Source: Octopus vulgaris (Eukaryota). From it: a stretch of DNA of 64,000 nt. The notes under the pieces are model-generated. The model saw only the letters and a program-made list of their open reading frames with translations. It did not search any database and had not been told where the DNA came from. Below, in pieces: positions 41,373-55,315 of the stretch. Within the stretch, counting starts at the first letter, position 1. Every line of letters starts with the position of its first letter. The position numbers and the translations under genes are program-made. The DNA is taken from the NCBI GenBank assembly GCA_951406725.2, contig OX597824.1:62992001-63056000 (forward strand), written 5' to 3'.

Positions 41373-44300
41373 CCGGGGGACGTTTAAGATGTAAGAAGGA
41401 AAATACAGAGCTCCGAAATCTATCCACAAACATCGAAAACAAGGACATCGTATGGAGCCAAAGATTTACTAACAAAGGACTGGACTGTATCCGAGTAAGT
41501 AATACTAATTGAAATTTATTACTATTTTCAAAACGAAATGATGTATTTTGACTCGATATCATCTCCACCTCCAACACAACACATGTAAACATGCGTGGAA
41601 CATCACGATCATCCCCGACCCCAAACACCATGTACAAAGGAACTACGAATAAATTAAATGCCACCGATATTATTCAACCCAAGAATAACAATCGAGCGGT
41701 ACGTACTTTAAACTTACAACAAAAAATGTACGAAAAACTACACGTGCGAAATAATGAGACAATAGAAATGAACGGACCGGTACCCTACGAAAATGACAAC
41801 CGTCAAAATAATGGGCCGGACGTTGTACCTCATGTCCCGCAAATAAAACCCAAAAGACGTAAATGGACACGTGGGGAATACATTTCTATCTTACACGCAT
41901 ACTTCACAGCAGTGCTCTACCCAAAAAATGAAAACACAACAACACATATATATAAAATATGGAAGGAAAATAACATAAATATAAACTTGGATACAGCAAT
42001 GAACCCTAATAAATTAGCTAACGTACGAAGATACATTCTCAACACAAAAAAAATATCAGAAATAGAAATAGAAAATCTAAAAGAAAAAATACACCAGGAA
42101 AATGTAGATAGAAGCCACACAGCAATGCCCAATAATATAAACACTGAAACAGTAAAACACGAAGACAAACGTAACATTCCCAACAAACACGATGTAAACA
42201 ACGAAGGGGAGCCTAATGATTATGATAATATAAAAAGTAAAATAATCAAAGAACTGAAAATCACAGAGCTCAAAATGGACCACCGACCATACCTCCCAAG
42301 AATCAAAATAGACGAAACAATAACACCAATTATAAACAGCATAAACCTAGCCGTCATGGAACTAATAGCCACTGAAACAAAAAGCGATATCACTGAGCTA
42401 AATGACTTAATATACGCAGCAGCCTCTGCAACCACAAAAGAAGCTGGATACTCACTCAAACACATCCAAACAGGAGTACCACCACCCAAACAAACCCTGT
42501 GGATAAATAACATCCAAAACAAAATACAAAAAATGAGAAAAGATCTGTCGATTCTTAATGAAATCAGCAAACAATCAACGCTACTTAGCAACAAAAAGAA
42601 AACAAAAATACTCCGCAAATATAACATCACAGAGAAAGATTTACCTGAGATAAAAGAAAAGCTGAAACAAGATATCCTTGCCAAAGCACGAAGGATCCGC
42701 CGGTACGAGAAACGCCAGCGCTTCATTGAACAAAACAAAAAGTTCAACTCCAACCCCAAAAAGTTCCACCAAGAACTTGGCAAAAATAAAATAGAAGTCA
42801 CTGCAGCACCAACGGCAGAAGAAATGGAAGAATTCTGGAGAGAAATATGGTCGGCGAACGAACAACCAAAAAAAAAGGAGTATCAAAATAACAATCTCGG
42901 CATCTGAACAACTTTGGACCCCCATAACAACTGAAGAGGTCACCCAGGCGCTGCAAGGACTAAGCAACTGGAAGGCACCTGGGCATGACAAGATCCCCAA
43001 CTTCTGGTTGAAATATCTAACAGGAATGCACAAAAAGCTGGCTGAAAACTTTAACAACATACTAGCAGAGCCAGAAACAATTCCTGAATGGCTCACGAAG
43101 GGGAAAACCATCTTAATTCCCAAATCAAATGAGACAGCAAAACCAGAAAACTACAGACCAATAACCTGCCTGCCTACTATGTTCAAGGCATTTACTGCAG
43201 TGATATCACAAAGGCTGAACAAGCACCTGGACGAAAACAAACTGTTCCCAGAAGAGCAGAAAGGATGCCGCAAAGGCTCATATGGCTGTAAAGATCAACT
43301 AATGATTAATAAAGCCATAACTGAAGACAGCCACAGAAAGAAGAAAGGCCTCAATATGGCCTGGATTGACTACAAAAAGGCGTTTGATAGCATCCTCCAC
43401 ACATGGATCCTCGAAACACTAGCCATTAACAAAGTAGCACCAACAATCATATAATTCATAGAGCACTCTATGAATAAATGGCAAACTGTCCTACACCTCC
43501 AAACAAAAGAGGGACTCATGAAAACCAAAGACATCCCCATTAGAAGAGGAATATTCCAGGGAGACACGCTCTCTCCACTCTTTTTCTGCTTGGCACCGTC
43601 ACCTCTATCTGATATACTAAATCGAACTGGATGCGGATATAAATGTTACGGCAAAACGATCAGCCACCTTTTATATATGGATGACCTAAAACTATACGCT
43701 GCAAATGACAAACAGCTGGAAAAACTATTAAAGACAGTTCATGGATTTACCTAAGAAATACATATGAAATTTGGATTAGAAAAATGCGCCAAAGTAACCA
43801 TGAAAAGAGGAAAAATAGTTAAGAGTAGCAACATCACACTAGATAAAACCAATGAAATAAAAGAATTGGACCAAAGCCAAACTTACAAATACATAGGAAT
43901 CCATGAAATAGATAAGACACAACACACACAAATGAAAGAGAAAATAAAAAAAAGAATATTATAGACGAGTTACATCAATACTAAAAACAGAGCTCAATGC
44001 TAAAAACAAGATAATATGTATTAACACTTTTGCTGTCCCAGTTATAAGTTACAGCTACAATATCCTTAACTGGACACGAAATGAACTGACCAAAATAGAT
44101 AGGAAAACAAGAAAATTAATGACAGGATCTAGGATGCATCACCCAAAAATCTGACATAGAAAGACTATATATACAACGTATAGAAGGTGGTAGAGGCCTT
44201 ATACACCATAGGACTGCAAAAATATCTACTTCAGAAGGAAGGAAAACTGATACAAATGACGGCAAAACACGAGCAAAACAAAAAAGCTGTTCTCAGTATT

Positions 44301-45312
44301 TAAGGAAGCTGACAAATACAAACAAGAAATCATACCACCTAATAAATATGAAGAAGAAGAAGAAGAAGAAGAAGAAGAAACAACAAAAGCTATAAAACAA
44401 ATGAAATCCAAACTAAAAATAGAACAGCAACGAACCATGATAAAACGATGGCAAGAAAAGCCCCTTCATGGTAAATACTGGACTAAACTAAACGCAAAAG
44501 AAATAGACAAAGAAAAATCCCAGCAATAGTTGAGAAGCTCAGGACTCAAAGCAGAAACAGAGGGATTTTTAATTGCAGCACAAGACCAAAGCCTCCCCAC
44601 CAGAAATTATCAAAAATCATGTAATGAAAATAAATATAACAAGTAACTGCAGAATATGTGGAGATGGACAAGAAACAATAAATCATATTATCTCTAGCTA
44701 CCCAGTCCTGGCTAAGAAGGAAAATATTCACCGACATGACAGAGTTGGAACCTACATACATTGGAAGCTATGCCAACATTATGAAATAACAACAGAAAAA
44801 AGATAGTATAGGCACACACCAGAAAAGGTCACAGAAAACGAGAAAGCAACCATACTCTGGGATATGCCTATACACACAGATAGAGAAATTAAGGCCAACA
44901 GGCCAGATATAGTTGTCAGAGATCATGAAGAAAAAAATGCTTTCTAATTGATGTATCAATACCGGCTGATGACAACGTTCTCTAAAAGAAATGGAGAAAC
45001 TCTCAAAATACAAAGACCTGGAAATAGAGGTAACCAGAATGTGGAATCTGAAAACAGAAACAATTCCTATCATAGTAGGTGCATTAGGCATGATAAAAAA
45101 ATATTCAGACAAATATATAACAAAAACACCAGGACTTACAAACACATATAACATACAGAAAATTGCACTACTAGGCACTTCACACATCCTACGCTGAACA
45201 CTTTCCATACAATAACCATCATAGCATCACAACAAATCACAACACATACCCAAGGCACACAGAGCTGCGCTCGGTAGTGAAGTGAAAGCACGCTATAAAA
45301 ATAAAACTACTG
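41371..45312 (+). mobile_element. Near full-length, inactivated R4/Dong-clade non-LTR retrotransposon in a (TAA)n target
   Basis: N-terminal ORF 41591-42907 (RRKWT Myb-like start); RT motifs WKAPGHD, YRPITCL, EEQKG, WIDYKKAFDS, GIFQGDTLSP, YMDD (43674-43685); CRICG..ET..HI Zn knuckle (~44648), RHD, NRPDI, EKLSKYKDL RLE; frameshifts in A-runs and stops at 43452, 43752, 44528; (TAA)n on both sides. Confidence 0.95.
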
Positions 45313-45344
45313 AATAATAATAATAATAATGATAATAATAAACA

Positions 45345-45752
45345 ATTTACAAATAATATCGCAGAGATTGAGCAAACATCTGGAAGAAAACAACCTGTTT
45401 CCAAAAGAGCACAAGGGATGCTGCAAGGGCTCATACGGCTGAAAAGATCAACTAATGATCAATAAAGCCATAACTGAAGAAAGCCACTGAAAGAAGAAAA
45501 CCTCAGTACGGCCTGGATCGACTACCGAGAGGCTTTTGATACTATTCCCCACACGTGGATCCTCGAAACACAAGCCATGGACAAGGTAGCACCAATAATT
45601 ATAAAATACATACGACACTCTATGAATAAATGGCAAACAGTGCTACAGCTCCAAACAAAAGAGGGACTCGTGAAACCCAAAGCCATCCCCATTAGAAGAG
45701 GAATATTCCAGGGAAATACGCTCTCTCCACTTCTTTTCTGCTTGGCACTGAC
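45345..45752 (+). mobile_element. Internal RT fragment of a sister R4/Dong family
   Basis: Parallels 43190-43597 (QRLSKHLEENNLFPKEHKGC..AWIDYREAFD..RRGIFQGNTLSPLLFCLAL). Confidence 0.9.
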
Positions 45753-46108
45753 ACTGGAAGTTTTAATCACCCGATGGACAGGCAAACAGACTTAAGGAAG
45801 TCTCTTTTCTCTCAAAAACTGACACAAAAAGAGTCGAAACTCGGGGGTGAAATAACATAGTGTGCAGTAAAATAACATAAGGCATGTTGTTTGCAAATCA
45901 ATCATATCTCGGAAGGCAATCTATATGAACCTACGTGATAAATTGATGTGAGTTTACCTGGGGCAAGTGGAAGGCTATCCAATAAAAATGAAAAATGGTT
46001 GGTTTCAAAGTAGGACATTTTGGAAGAGTAACTGTAATCTAATCGGGAAAATAAGTAATCACAGAATGGCCTGAACTTAAAGGGTTTTCAACTCCATTGA
46101 AATAACTA

Positions 46109-46288
46109 TCAGAGGACTGCCTTGTAAACTACAATCCTTGTCAATCATCCGGAAGCGTAGTAAAGGAGATCCAACGAGTTTCCAACTCTGGAACAGCATA
46201 CATACAGTTGACCATGTGAAAAACATGGAGTGCTGGAGTCCAGCCGAAAAACTTTGAGTGACTGCCCCTGAGATATGTTAATGGTCAT
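46109..46288 (-). mobile_element. Helitron RepHel PIF1-like helicase C-terminal fragment
   Basis: [43 protein letters not shown] matches the TINKSQGQ / [12 protein letters not shown] motifs. Confidence 0.85.
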
Positions 46289-46293
46289 AAATA

Positions 46294-46618
46294 CATGGAT
46301 CGTCACTGTGTTTCTGGTTCAAAGGGATGGACACAACACTCATCTTGGCTTACCTTCATAAATTCAGCTACCGAATTTTGCCCTTTTGATAAATGTCAGC
46401 ATGGGGGCTAAACTATTTTCCTGCGAGTACTTGATAACATCACGTTACCAAAGTTTGTCCATCTTCAAGAGACATCACTACTAGTCGTTTTTCAAGTCTT
46501 CTTTGAACAGTCAGAAGTCAGTTAACCCGCAAAGAAAGAAATGAAGTTATAAGTGTTGAAACTAAATTTAACAGCCCTAGCTTCCTAATCAGGTTATGAA
46601 ATGTTGAGCGCAGCCTCA
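46294..46618 (-). mobile_element. Internally deleted mariner 5' fragment
   Basis: TIR-like gaggctgcgctcaacatttc; MDKLW*RDVIKY start at 46462; [19 protein letters not shown] resembles VTGDETWVH.FEPETKRQSM. Confidence 0.7.
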
Positions 46619-49600
46619 TTTGAAAAGAAACACAATTATATATATTGTACAGATGCAAAAAATTCTGATTTACCAATAGTGTTAAAAACTATATTTATAA
46701 CAGTGAAGATTGTGCACCTTGGTCACAACGAAAATATCTTCTAAGGAACCAATACATTATATAATTCATTAATTAGTAATTAAACCGTAATTTTGTTACA
46801 GGTAACATATTCATTCCAAATATAAAAGTTCATAGCCCGTTTTAGTTCATTTCATAAAAGTTTTACATTTGAAATAATATATTAATTTTATTATCATGTA
46901 TTAGCGCCATTATATTTCCTCCAAGAACTGTGATTTATATTTCCCAACGCTTTAATCGATTTCCTTAGCCGTTCCTTAAATTTCATTATTTAGCGTATTG
47001 GTTATGGCATATAACCAATGCCAGGCTATTTATCGATAAGCTTTAGTTTCATGTTAAATACTTCATAGACACTATCTGCATGAAAAATAATCAGTTTATA
47101 TCAACCTAGTTACAAAATGAACGATTATATATCAGTTCCCGAAACGCAGTCTTCAAGCATAATTATTAAGGAAATTGATGCATATGATGTAATTGTCTCA
47201 TGCACCTTGGAGAATAAGAACGAAAGAAATAATACTTAGCTAATATATTTTCTTCGTTCTTTTCACCTTTAATTCTATTCTAATTATCTCTTAAATTTTG
47301 CAGACGTTTATATATGAAAATTTACACTTTGTCTTGATGTTTTTGTTTTTGTTGTTGTTGTTGTTGTTTAGCCCATGTTAAACTTAATCATGCAAAACTA
47401 TAGTCCAGCTGTGACCACGGCTCTTCATTTCTGAGAGAATTACAAATATTAGAATATCTATGTTCTAAAATGTGTTGTGATAGATTTAACTACAGATTCT
47501 AATTTCTAACTGTAAGAGCAATAATGTGAAGGCCCCTTCCTGCTATATTCCAAATGACTAATGCTGTCAATGAAAGAAATTAACACAAAATGCAAATCCA
47601 GAAATATCTCGAATTTGGTTTTTTTTTATGTAAATATTTTATGGTAAAAAAATTTATTTGTTCATATATACAAACGTTCACAATCAGAAACATACACACA
47701 TAAACACACTCACATGCATACATAAACCCTTACAAACATATGTATACACTCGTACATTCGCGTACAAATACACATGGACAGAACTGGATTCATGTGCAAA
47801 TTGTTAAAATATACTGTTAGCGTACGAATTTGAAAAGTTTAGAAAATTATGCACAGCTGTTTCGCTGATATCTGTGTTATATTCTAAAATTTTCACCTAG
47901 AGAAACATCATTTTATAACCTTTCTCAAACATTTATAATTTCGACCTAAAGTAGTGAAGGAAATTTTAAATGACGGAAAAAGAAGAGACGTGTATATGTA
48001 TTAAAACAATATTTACATCCAATTTACATTACATCCTGATTTCAAAAAGATTCGGTAAAATTCATTTAGGATGAACTTGGCAAAATAACTCCATTCAATA
48101 AGCTGCCGTGAAGGAAAATCACTTTCAGATTTTGAATTTTATTTTAGATTTTTAATCGCATACCTGTTTACAGTATGTTGACATCGTTGTATTTGTTGCG
48201 AAAGAAGCATCACTCTTTAAGCATCATTTTAAAAGATAAAGGTTGGGAGATTTCTACAATGAAAAGAAATTAAAAACGGAAAGATCTTCCGTAAATGTAT
48301 ATTTTACCCTGCATATATAGCCACATAGAGATATATTTCATGGCAGACAATCTATTTTTCAATATAATAACTAAGCCATACGCGTAACAAACATTTCCAT
48401 ATACAAAGCCATATTATTTTCACCTGAAGTAATACATAAAGAATATTAATTATGTGTTGGATATATATAAAAACAGTATATTATTTTCCAAGAAGACAAC
48501 GGAGAGACTTCCTATAGATCTTACACTATTTATTTCACTTGTGTAAATGATCACCTATCGTTCTGTTCATTACTTTTCTTAAAATTACATTTCCATAATG
48601 CATACCACCCTTAGATTTGATTATTTGAAGTTGGACTTTTTCAAATTAATTTTGAAATATATTAGCTACATGTGGAATACACTATACCGTTCACTTAAAT
48701 TCGGATAAAGCGAGGATATTCGTTGGCAGATTAAGTGTGTGCAAATTATATATAATGAAATAGATATAGTTAGAGATGAAATTCGTATTTCTCAATTTTG
48801 CAATAGCAAAACCAATCAATACGTATTTAACAGTTGTTCTTCAAGTATAATAACGTTTAAAACTAGATTTTACAGTGTTCTACGGAAATGAGGAAATATA
48901 TTTTCACAACAAAATTAATAACCAAATTATACATACAAACAGATATATTAAATTGACACAAGTATATAAATTTGTATAGCTGATAATATTGAATCGGTTA
49001 ACCTACGTATAATAATCCTGGCATTTAATCTATAAACTCAAAAGAGAAGTGAGGAAATTAAAAGTCGATTTCAGAAGTATAACATTTCAAAATGTAAGAG
49101 ACATCGTAACCAAATGCTATCAAACTATTTATTCCATTCACTTTGTCGTTTCTGAAACTCAAGAATTAAAATATTATAATTTAAATCTTATTGGCTAATT
49201 GGATCGTATTTTTTATTAGTAATTTATTCTACACATCATCTGCAATTAATTGAAAGATAAACACGAAATGAAGTCATTCATTATAGTCCACTGCAATTTT
49301 AAAAGCTCACGTAAAGCTGTTCTTTGAAAAGATGAGATACATGAATCTCAATGAGTTCTAGTAAATCTTTGCTAATTATAACATATTTTTACAATACTCA
49401 CACGCACGCATAGGCATATTTCATAACATGTTCAATATTTGACACGTTACGGTAGAATGGCTAAACAAATTGCATTCAGTGTTTTCAAGCTAAACAAAAA
49501 GAAATAGTATTAGATATTTTAATTAAGTATTAGATATTATTAATTATTAAGTGTTTTAATTAATTTAATTTCCCATAGTAATCTAATGCGTATTGACACT

Positions 49601-50464
49601 ATGTCATCAAAAACAAACTAGTATAATTGAGAATACAAATGTTTACTGTTAATTATATCTCTAATGTTCCATGCATTACCTCTTTTCCGTATGAAGTTTT
49701 CATCAAACTTTACAAATTTATGTTTCATTTTTCTGTACACGCTACATATCTAATTGTTATTATCTTCTACTTTACGCACATACATAGCACCCTGTGATTT
49801 CGATAATTACTTGATGATAAATTATTAAAATGTTGGATGGAGTCGTATTCATGTAGGTAAAAAAAATGCACTTCGTGATCACAAGGCTTTGGGTTCAATC
49901 GTGCTATCCAATCCATATGGTAAGTATAGCTGTCCTACAGTCACAATAGAACTAAATATACATATATATATATATATAACTAAAATTTATTAACTGGAAA
50001 CTGCATTAAAACTCGCCGGATATACATGCATACACAAACATACTCACAAACATGTACTTACACATATGCTCACACGTATAGCTATAAATAAATAAGAAGT
50101 CAATATTGTTACATATATATTTGAAACCTGCTGGAAACTATAAAACTGTTTCTCATTGTAGGTTGTGATGGAATAAAGTTTTGTCTCCCCCAAGGAAAGT
50201 TATACTAAACTGACCATAGTGCTTTTACACATTGCGCCCCACGCGGGCGTACTTCGCAATGATAATCCCAATGAAAAGCTGTTTTGTGGGTTCAAATATC
50301 TCTCAGCCATATCTTAACTGGTATCAAGTTTCCTTTTCTCTCATTCAATTTGTAGTTCAATTAATACTGAATTTACTATGGCTTGGCAGCCGAAGTGCGC
50401 TGTTAACAATTTAGATAATATATATATATATGTATGCATGGGTGAGTATGTGTGTGTATATATG

Positions 50465-50511
<47 letters not shown>

Positions 50512-50911
50512 ATGTATATATATATGTATATACACACATATAACATATACATGTATATATATGTATGTAGACGTATTTATTTATATGTATATATGTATGT
50601 GTGTCTGTATGTGTGTGTGCGTGTGTAACCTTGTGTCCTATTTTAGATTTCCCTCCTTTTGGCAACTAGTGCTGATGAAAAGGTAACTACTTCAAAATGT
50701 AACAGTCCAAAAAGAGGCGCTTTGAAATGACCATGTTGAGTTTAGAATATTTATTTTTTTGCCTCCAGCGAGAAAATTCCTTCATGATAAACAGGAATTA
50801 AAGTTGCTCTAATTGTTCAAATACCTCTCAAACATATTTGAACTTTTATCACGTTGTTTTTTTGCCTCGATTATTGCTGAACGTATCTATCTATGAACAG
50901 GTAGTGCCACA

Positions 50912-51047
50912 GAAATTGCAAAGATAATCTGTAAAGAAAACTCCGAATGACCCTTCCTTTCTTTCTTTGTATCGTCTATCTGGATGTTTTATCGTCCTTT
51001 TCTTGTATCAGTTAACTATTTAGATGCTTTTCGTCTTTGTCCAATTT

Positions 51048-51050
<3 letters not shown>
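50912..51050 (+). repeat. Dispersed (TA)n-abutting repeat related to 21296-21450
   Basis: Sequence similarity by eye; ends at (TA)n. Confidence 0.65.
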
Positions 51051-51087
<37 letters not shown>

Positions 51088-51088
<1 letters not shown>

Positions 51089-51392
51089 CACCGTCACCGT
51101 GACCGACCAGACTATCAGATGTTGCTACATCGCTGGTCACAATGCGCCTCACATTGTTTTAGCCTTCAGATGATGCCGCCCCGCTGGCTAAGCAAGGAGG
51201 CCAACAGAAGAAAGAGTGAGAGAAAGTTGTGGCGAAAGAGTACAGCAGGGTTCCCCACCACCCCTGCCGGAGCCTCGTGGAGCTTCAGGTGTTTTCGCTC
51301 AATAAACACTCACAACGCCCGGCCTGGGAATCGAAACTACGATCCTATGACCGCGAGTCCACTGCCCTAACCACTGGGCCATTGCGCTTCCA
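51088..51392 (-). mobile_element. Full-length tRNA-derived SINE (different family)
   Basis: Minus start gtggaagcgcaa, A box TGGCCCAGTGG, B box GTTTCGATTCC; tail (acggtg)2; inserted in (TA)n. Confidence 0.85.
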
Positions 51393-52634
51393 CATATATA
51401 TGTATATAAATATACAGGGAGAGAGTATATATACTATATATGTGTGTATATATATATGTCTGTATATGAATATATGAGTATATGCCTTCAAATAGCCGCA
51501 TTTGTCGGCGCACAGTACGCGCTGGCGTACAATTGCTCACGCATTTTATGCGTGTATTTTTTTTTAGGGGGTGACACAGTTATTATCTTTCAACATACAC
51601 TTATTGAAAAATACTACAATGATTTCGTAGGGGAAAATATATTATTGTGTCCGTATAGATATACGTTGTGTCAGTGTAGTGTAGTGGAATAAAAGTCATC
51701 ATACATTAGGCTATAGAGTATTACAATTTAGTCTTATGTTCTTGAAGATAACCGTATAATTATTCATATTTCGATCAAAACAATTGTCACACATTACTAC
51801 CAGTTTTAGCTATGACGTGTGTCTGTTAGTGCAAAAGAGCACCAGAGGAATAGACAACTACAAGTTTTTTTTATGCCATCCAATCATTGCAAGTAGCTGA
51901 GAAGCAGATAAATTTCTAACTTACCTTTCAGCTTTCTCAGAGGAGTATATTTAGATAATTAAACCTATTTCTTAAAAATAACCCAACCATTAAATAACGT
52001 AAAACATATCACTAGTGTGGGTTATATATGCAACGGAAAGACGTATAATAGGGCGATGTGAACTTTCTACGTAAATAACGACGTATCGGAACCAATTCCT
52101 CGTAAAGTACACGCAAGCAGTGTGGTATTTTGGCTCGTTTACAATATTTTATTATTAGTAACGACCATTGGGCCACATGGACAAATGCTAATCCGACACT
52201 AGGATTCAATATGCGGTCTGCCATCGAAAATACAGTCGTATTCAATGCATGGAAATTTTAGGATACATTTAAAAATTAAAAGCCCATCATACTCGCTAAG
52301 AATGATGACATAACGTGAGTAATTACAAAATAACCAGGAAAATAATCGTCACAAGTATTGTATAACAAACGAATCTGATACTTCTTTACACAAATTAGCT
52401 GCGCGAACACAAGCTGCAATATGAAGCAAAAGGCGACAAAAACCGTCAAAAGTTACATTATGCTTAAACGTAGCTTCCGATCCATACACTCATGCACACA
52501 TTTGCAAGGAAATATACATGTATGTGTACTCGTAAATGTGTATTTGTGTTTGCATGTATGCGAACACGACAGGGTGGGTAGCAGCAGTTTGTATGGGAAT
52601 TTATGCTTAACATTTTAGTAGATATTATTACTGG

Positions 52635-52669
<35 letters not shown>

Positions 52670-52698
52670 TAGAGAAAGAGAGAGAGAGGGAGAGAGAG

Positions 52699-52732
<34 letters not shown>

Positions 52733-53169
52733 CATACAGATATATAAATATGGCCGGTCTATTACATTACCTTTGTTTCACGTCCATAAAGCCAGGGTAA
52801 ACTCAAAGACTGGCCATCTCTATCTTTTAATATTCAACTGCTCTATAACTTAGTGTGTGCATCATTTTCGGAATTAAAATTTACCTAACAAGAGAAATAC
52901 AAATCTTAAGATTATAAACCTGGAAAAGTGCAGGGCAAGTTATTACATCTGGTAAAGTACAAAACAAGGAAACTTTTACTTCAAATTATTGCAGCTAAGG
53001 ATAACATTTCAAATCAAATATTTAGATTTAGAAAATATTAGTTTTCATTACGTCTAAAAATAATATTACAAGTTATTACATGTTACGTCTATTAAAAATT
53101 TAAAATAATTCAATTAAAATAGGTTTTGGACTTATCAATTATTAATTAGAAATTTGGAAATAGCTTATA

Positions 53170-53365
53170 AAATATAATAGGGAGAATTCACGAAAAAAAC
53201 AAAAGACGAAGACAGGTGGTGTAGAAAACAAAGAGATGTGTTAGTATAACGCTCGGGAATTGAAAAAGTATTTTACATTTCGAGCCTACGCTCTTCCACA
53301 TAAAGGAACACAAAAAGAAACAAGGAGATAAAAAAATGTGTGTAGTGGCTACCGATCTATCATAG
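53170..53365 (-). repeat. pLTR-like repeat, inverted relative to 54775-54940
   Basis: Reverse complement matches atgatagatcg.tagccacta...tgtggaaga.cgtaggc.cgaaa.gt...cacctgtcttcgtc. Confidence 0.75.
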
Positions 53366-54558
53366 TAGTACATAAACATTTAGTACAATAAATAGAATAA
53401 TACAGAAATTAGTTATATATTACAGTAAAATCTACCTATAACAACAAATCCATAGTAAAATTTGCTTGAGTTATTGCCTAAGTTATTGCCAAGTCTTCAC
53501 GCTGCCAATTTTTTACATAATGAATTTGCCTACCATATACTTTGCATAAAACATTTGCTATATTTCTTTCACTCATTTATTAAGTATTCTAGTGACTCAG
53601 TATTTTAACAAAATGATGGTCCCTTTCTTAATTATAATGTTACTTTGTAAATTAAAATTAAAAAAACAATTTAATATACAAATGTTATCATTAGCTGCAA
53701 TATTTTAAGTAAATATTTTCTTGTTCTGTACTTTATCGGATGTAATTAATTGTTCTGAAATTACCAAGTGTAATAAATTATCCGGTACTTGTCCAGCTTT
53801 ATATTCTTAAGAATATTGTTTCTCATGCTCGTAATCCATGTAATCAATGTTTTATCCTAATTATGCTAATTAATAATGTGTCAAATGTGTCAATTAGCGG
53901 TGTTGTTGATAACTTTTTCCTTACCCCAATGATGCCGGTGACATATATTCTAAGTTCCCTTATAGAACTATATTCAGAAAAAAGTATAGAATTATATTAT
54001 CACCCTTAAATTTGAGAAACAAACACTCATAACATTTTTCTTTTAAAACTTCATTGCATAGGATTGATACGATAACATTCCGCGAATCGAACTCTATCAT
54101 TTAAGATTAATCAAAATAGAGTTTGTTGCTAAAATTTTTAAAACGTTAATTATACTTAAATTCAATTTTTTGCCTTATTTATATTTTTTCCATGCTATTT
54201 TACCTCACAACAGTTTCGATACAAATTTTTGTTGCATGAAATTCCTCATGTTATCTCCTAACAGTGAAGATAAGATAATATATATTTTGCATTCAAAATA
54301 AAAAGTTATTTAGATCTAAACGTGATTGGTGGCGTCACTTAATCTCCTATAACGTTTCTACAAATTTTGATGTAAACTATTTTCTACTGAAACAAATCTC
54401 GATTGTTTATGCCAAAATGTAACTAAGGAACAGTGCTCGTCAAACATATTAACAGTTTTGAAGTTGGTAAAAAACTAAAATAAGCGACAAGCTCTGAAAG
54501 ACGCTGCATGTGAGGAAATTATGTCCTCAAGAATATTATTCAACTAGCACCGTAGTTG

Positions 54559-54728
<170 letters not shown>

Positions 54729-54774
54729 ATTCTCCTTTCAAAACATCAAAATAATATGCATTCATAGACCATTC

Positions 54775-54940
54775 ACCATGATAGATCGCTAGCCACTAAA
54801 CATTTTTTACTTTCTCCTCATGTTTCTTTCTGTGTTCCTTTCTGTGGAAGATCGTAGGCACGAAACGTTAAATACTTTTTCACTCTCCGAGTGTTAGACT
54901 AATACAGCTGTTTGATGTCTACATCACCTGTCTTCGTCAC
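54775..54940 (+). repeat. pLTR-like repeat with decayed hammerhead-like motif
   Basis: TTT-CTGTGGA-A-GATC(GTAG)GCAC-GAAA-CG-TT-AAA at 54839-54872; lies between (TA)n tracts. Confidence 0.7.
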
Positions 54941-54986
54941 CCTTATATATATATAAATATATATATATATAGATATATATATATAG

Positions 54987-55018
<32 letters not shown>

Positions 55019-55019
55019 T

Positions 55020-55234
<215 letters not shown>

Positions 55235-55261
55235 ATATATATATATGTGTGTGTGTGTATA

Positions 55262-55315
<54 letters not shown>

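Noticed and set aside
41371-41470. HDV-like ribozyme at the Dong 5' end
   Set aside because: Could not build the nested double pseudoknot by eye; needs a descriptor search
41591-42907. 438-aa ORF as a novel host gene
   Set aside because: It is the N-terminal part of the frameshifted R4/Dong ORF and continues into RT motifs
51310-51392. tRNA gene
   Set aside because: A/B boxes continue into a SINE body and tail; no complete cloverleaf with acceptor stem
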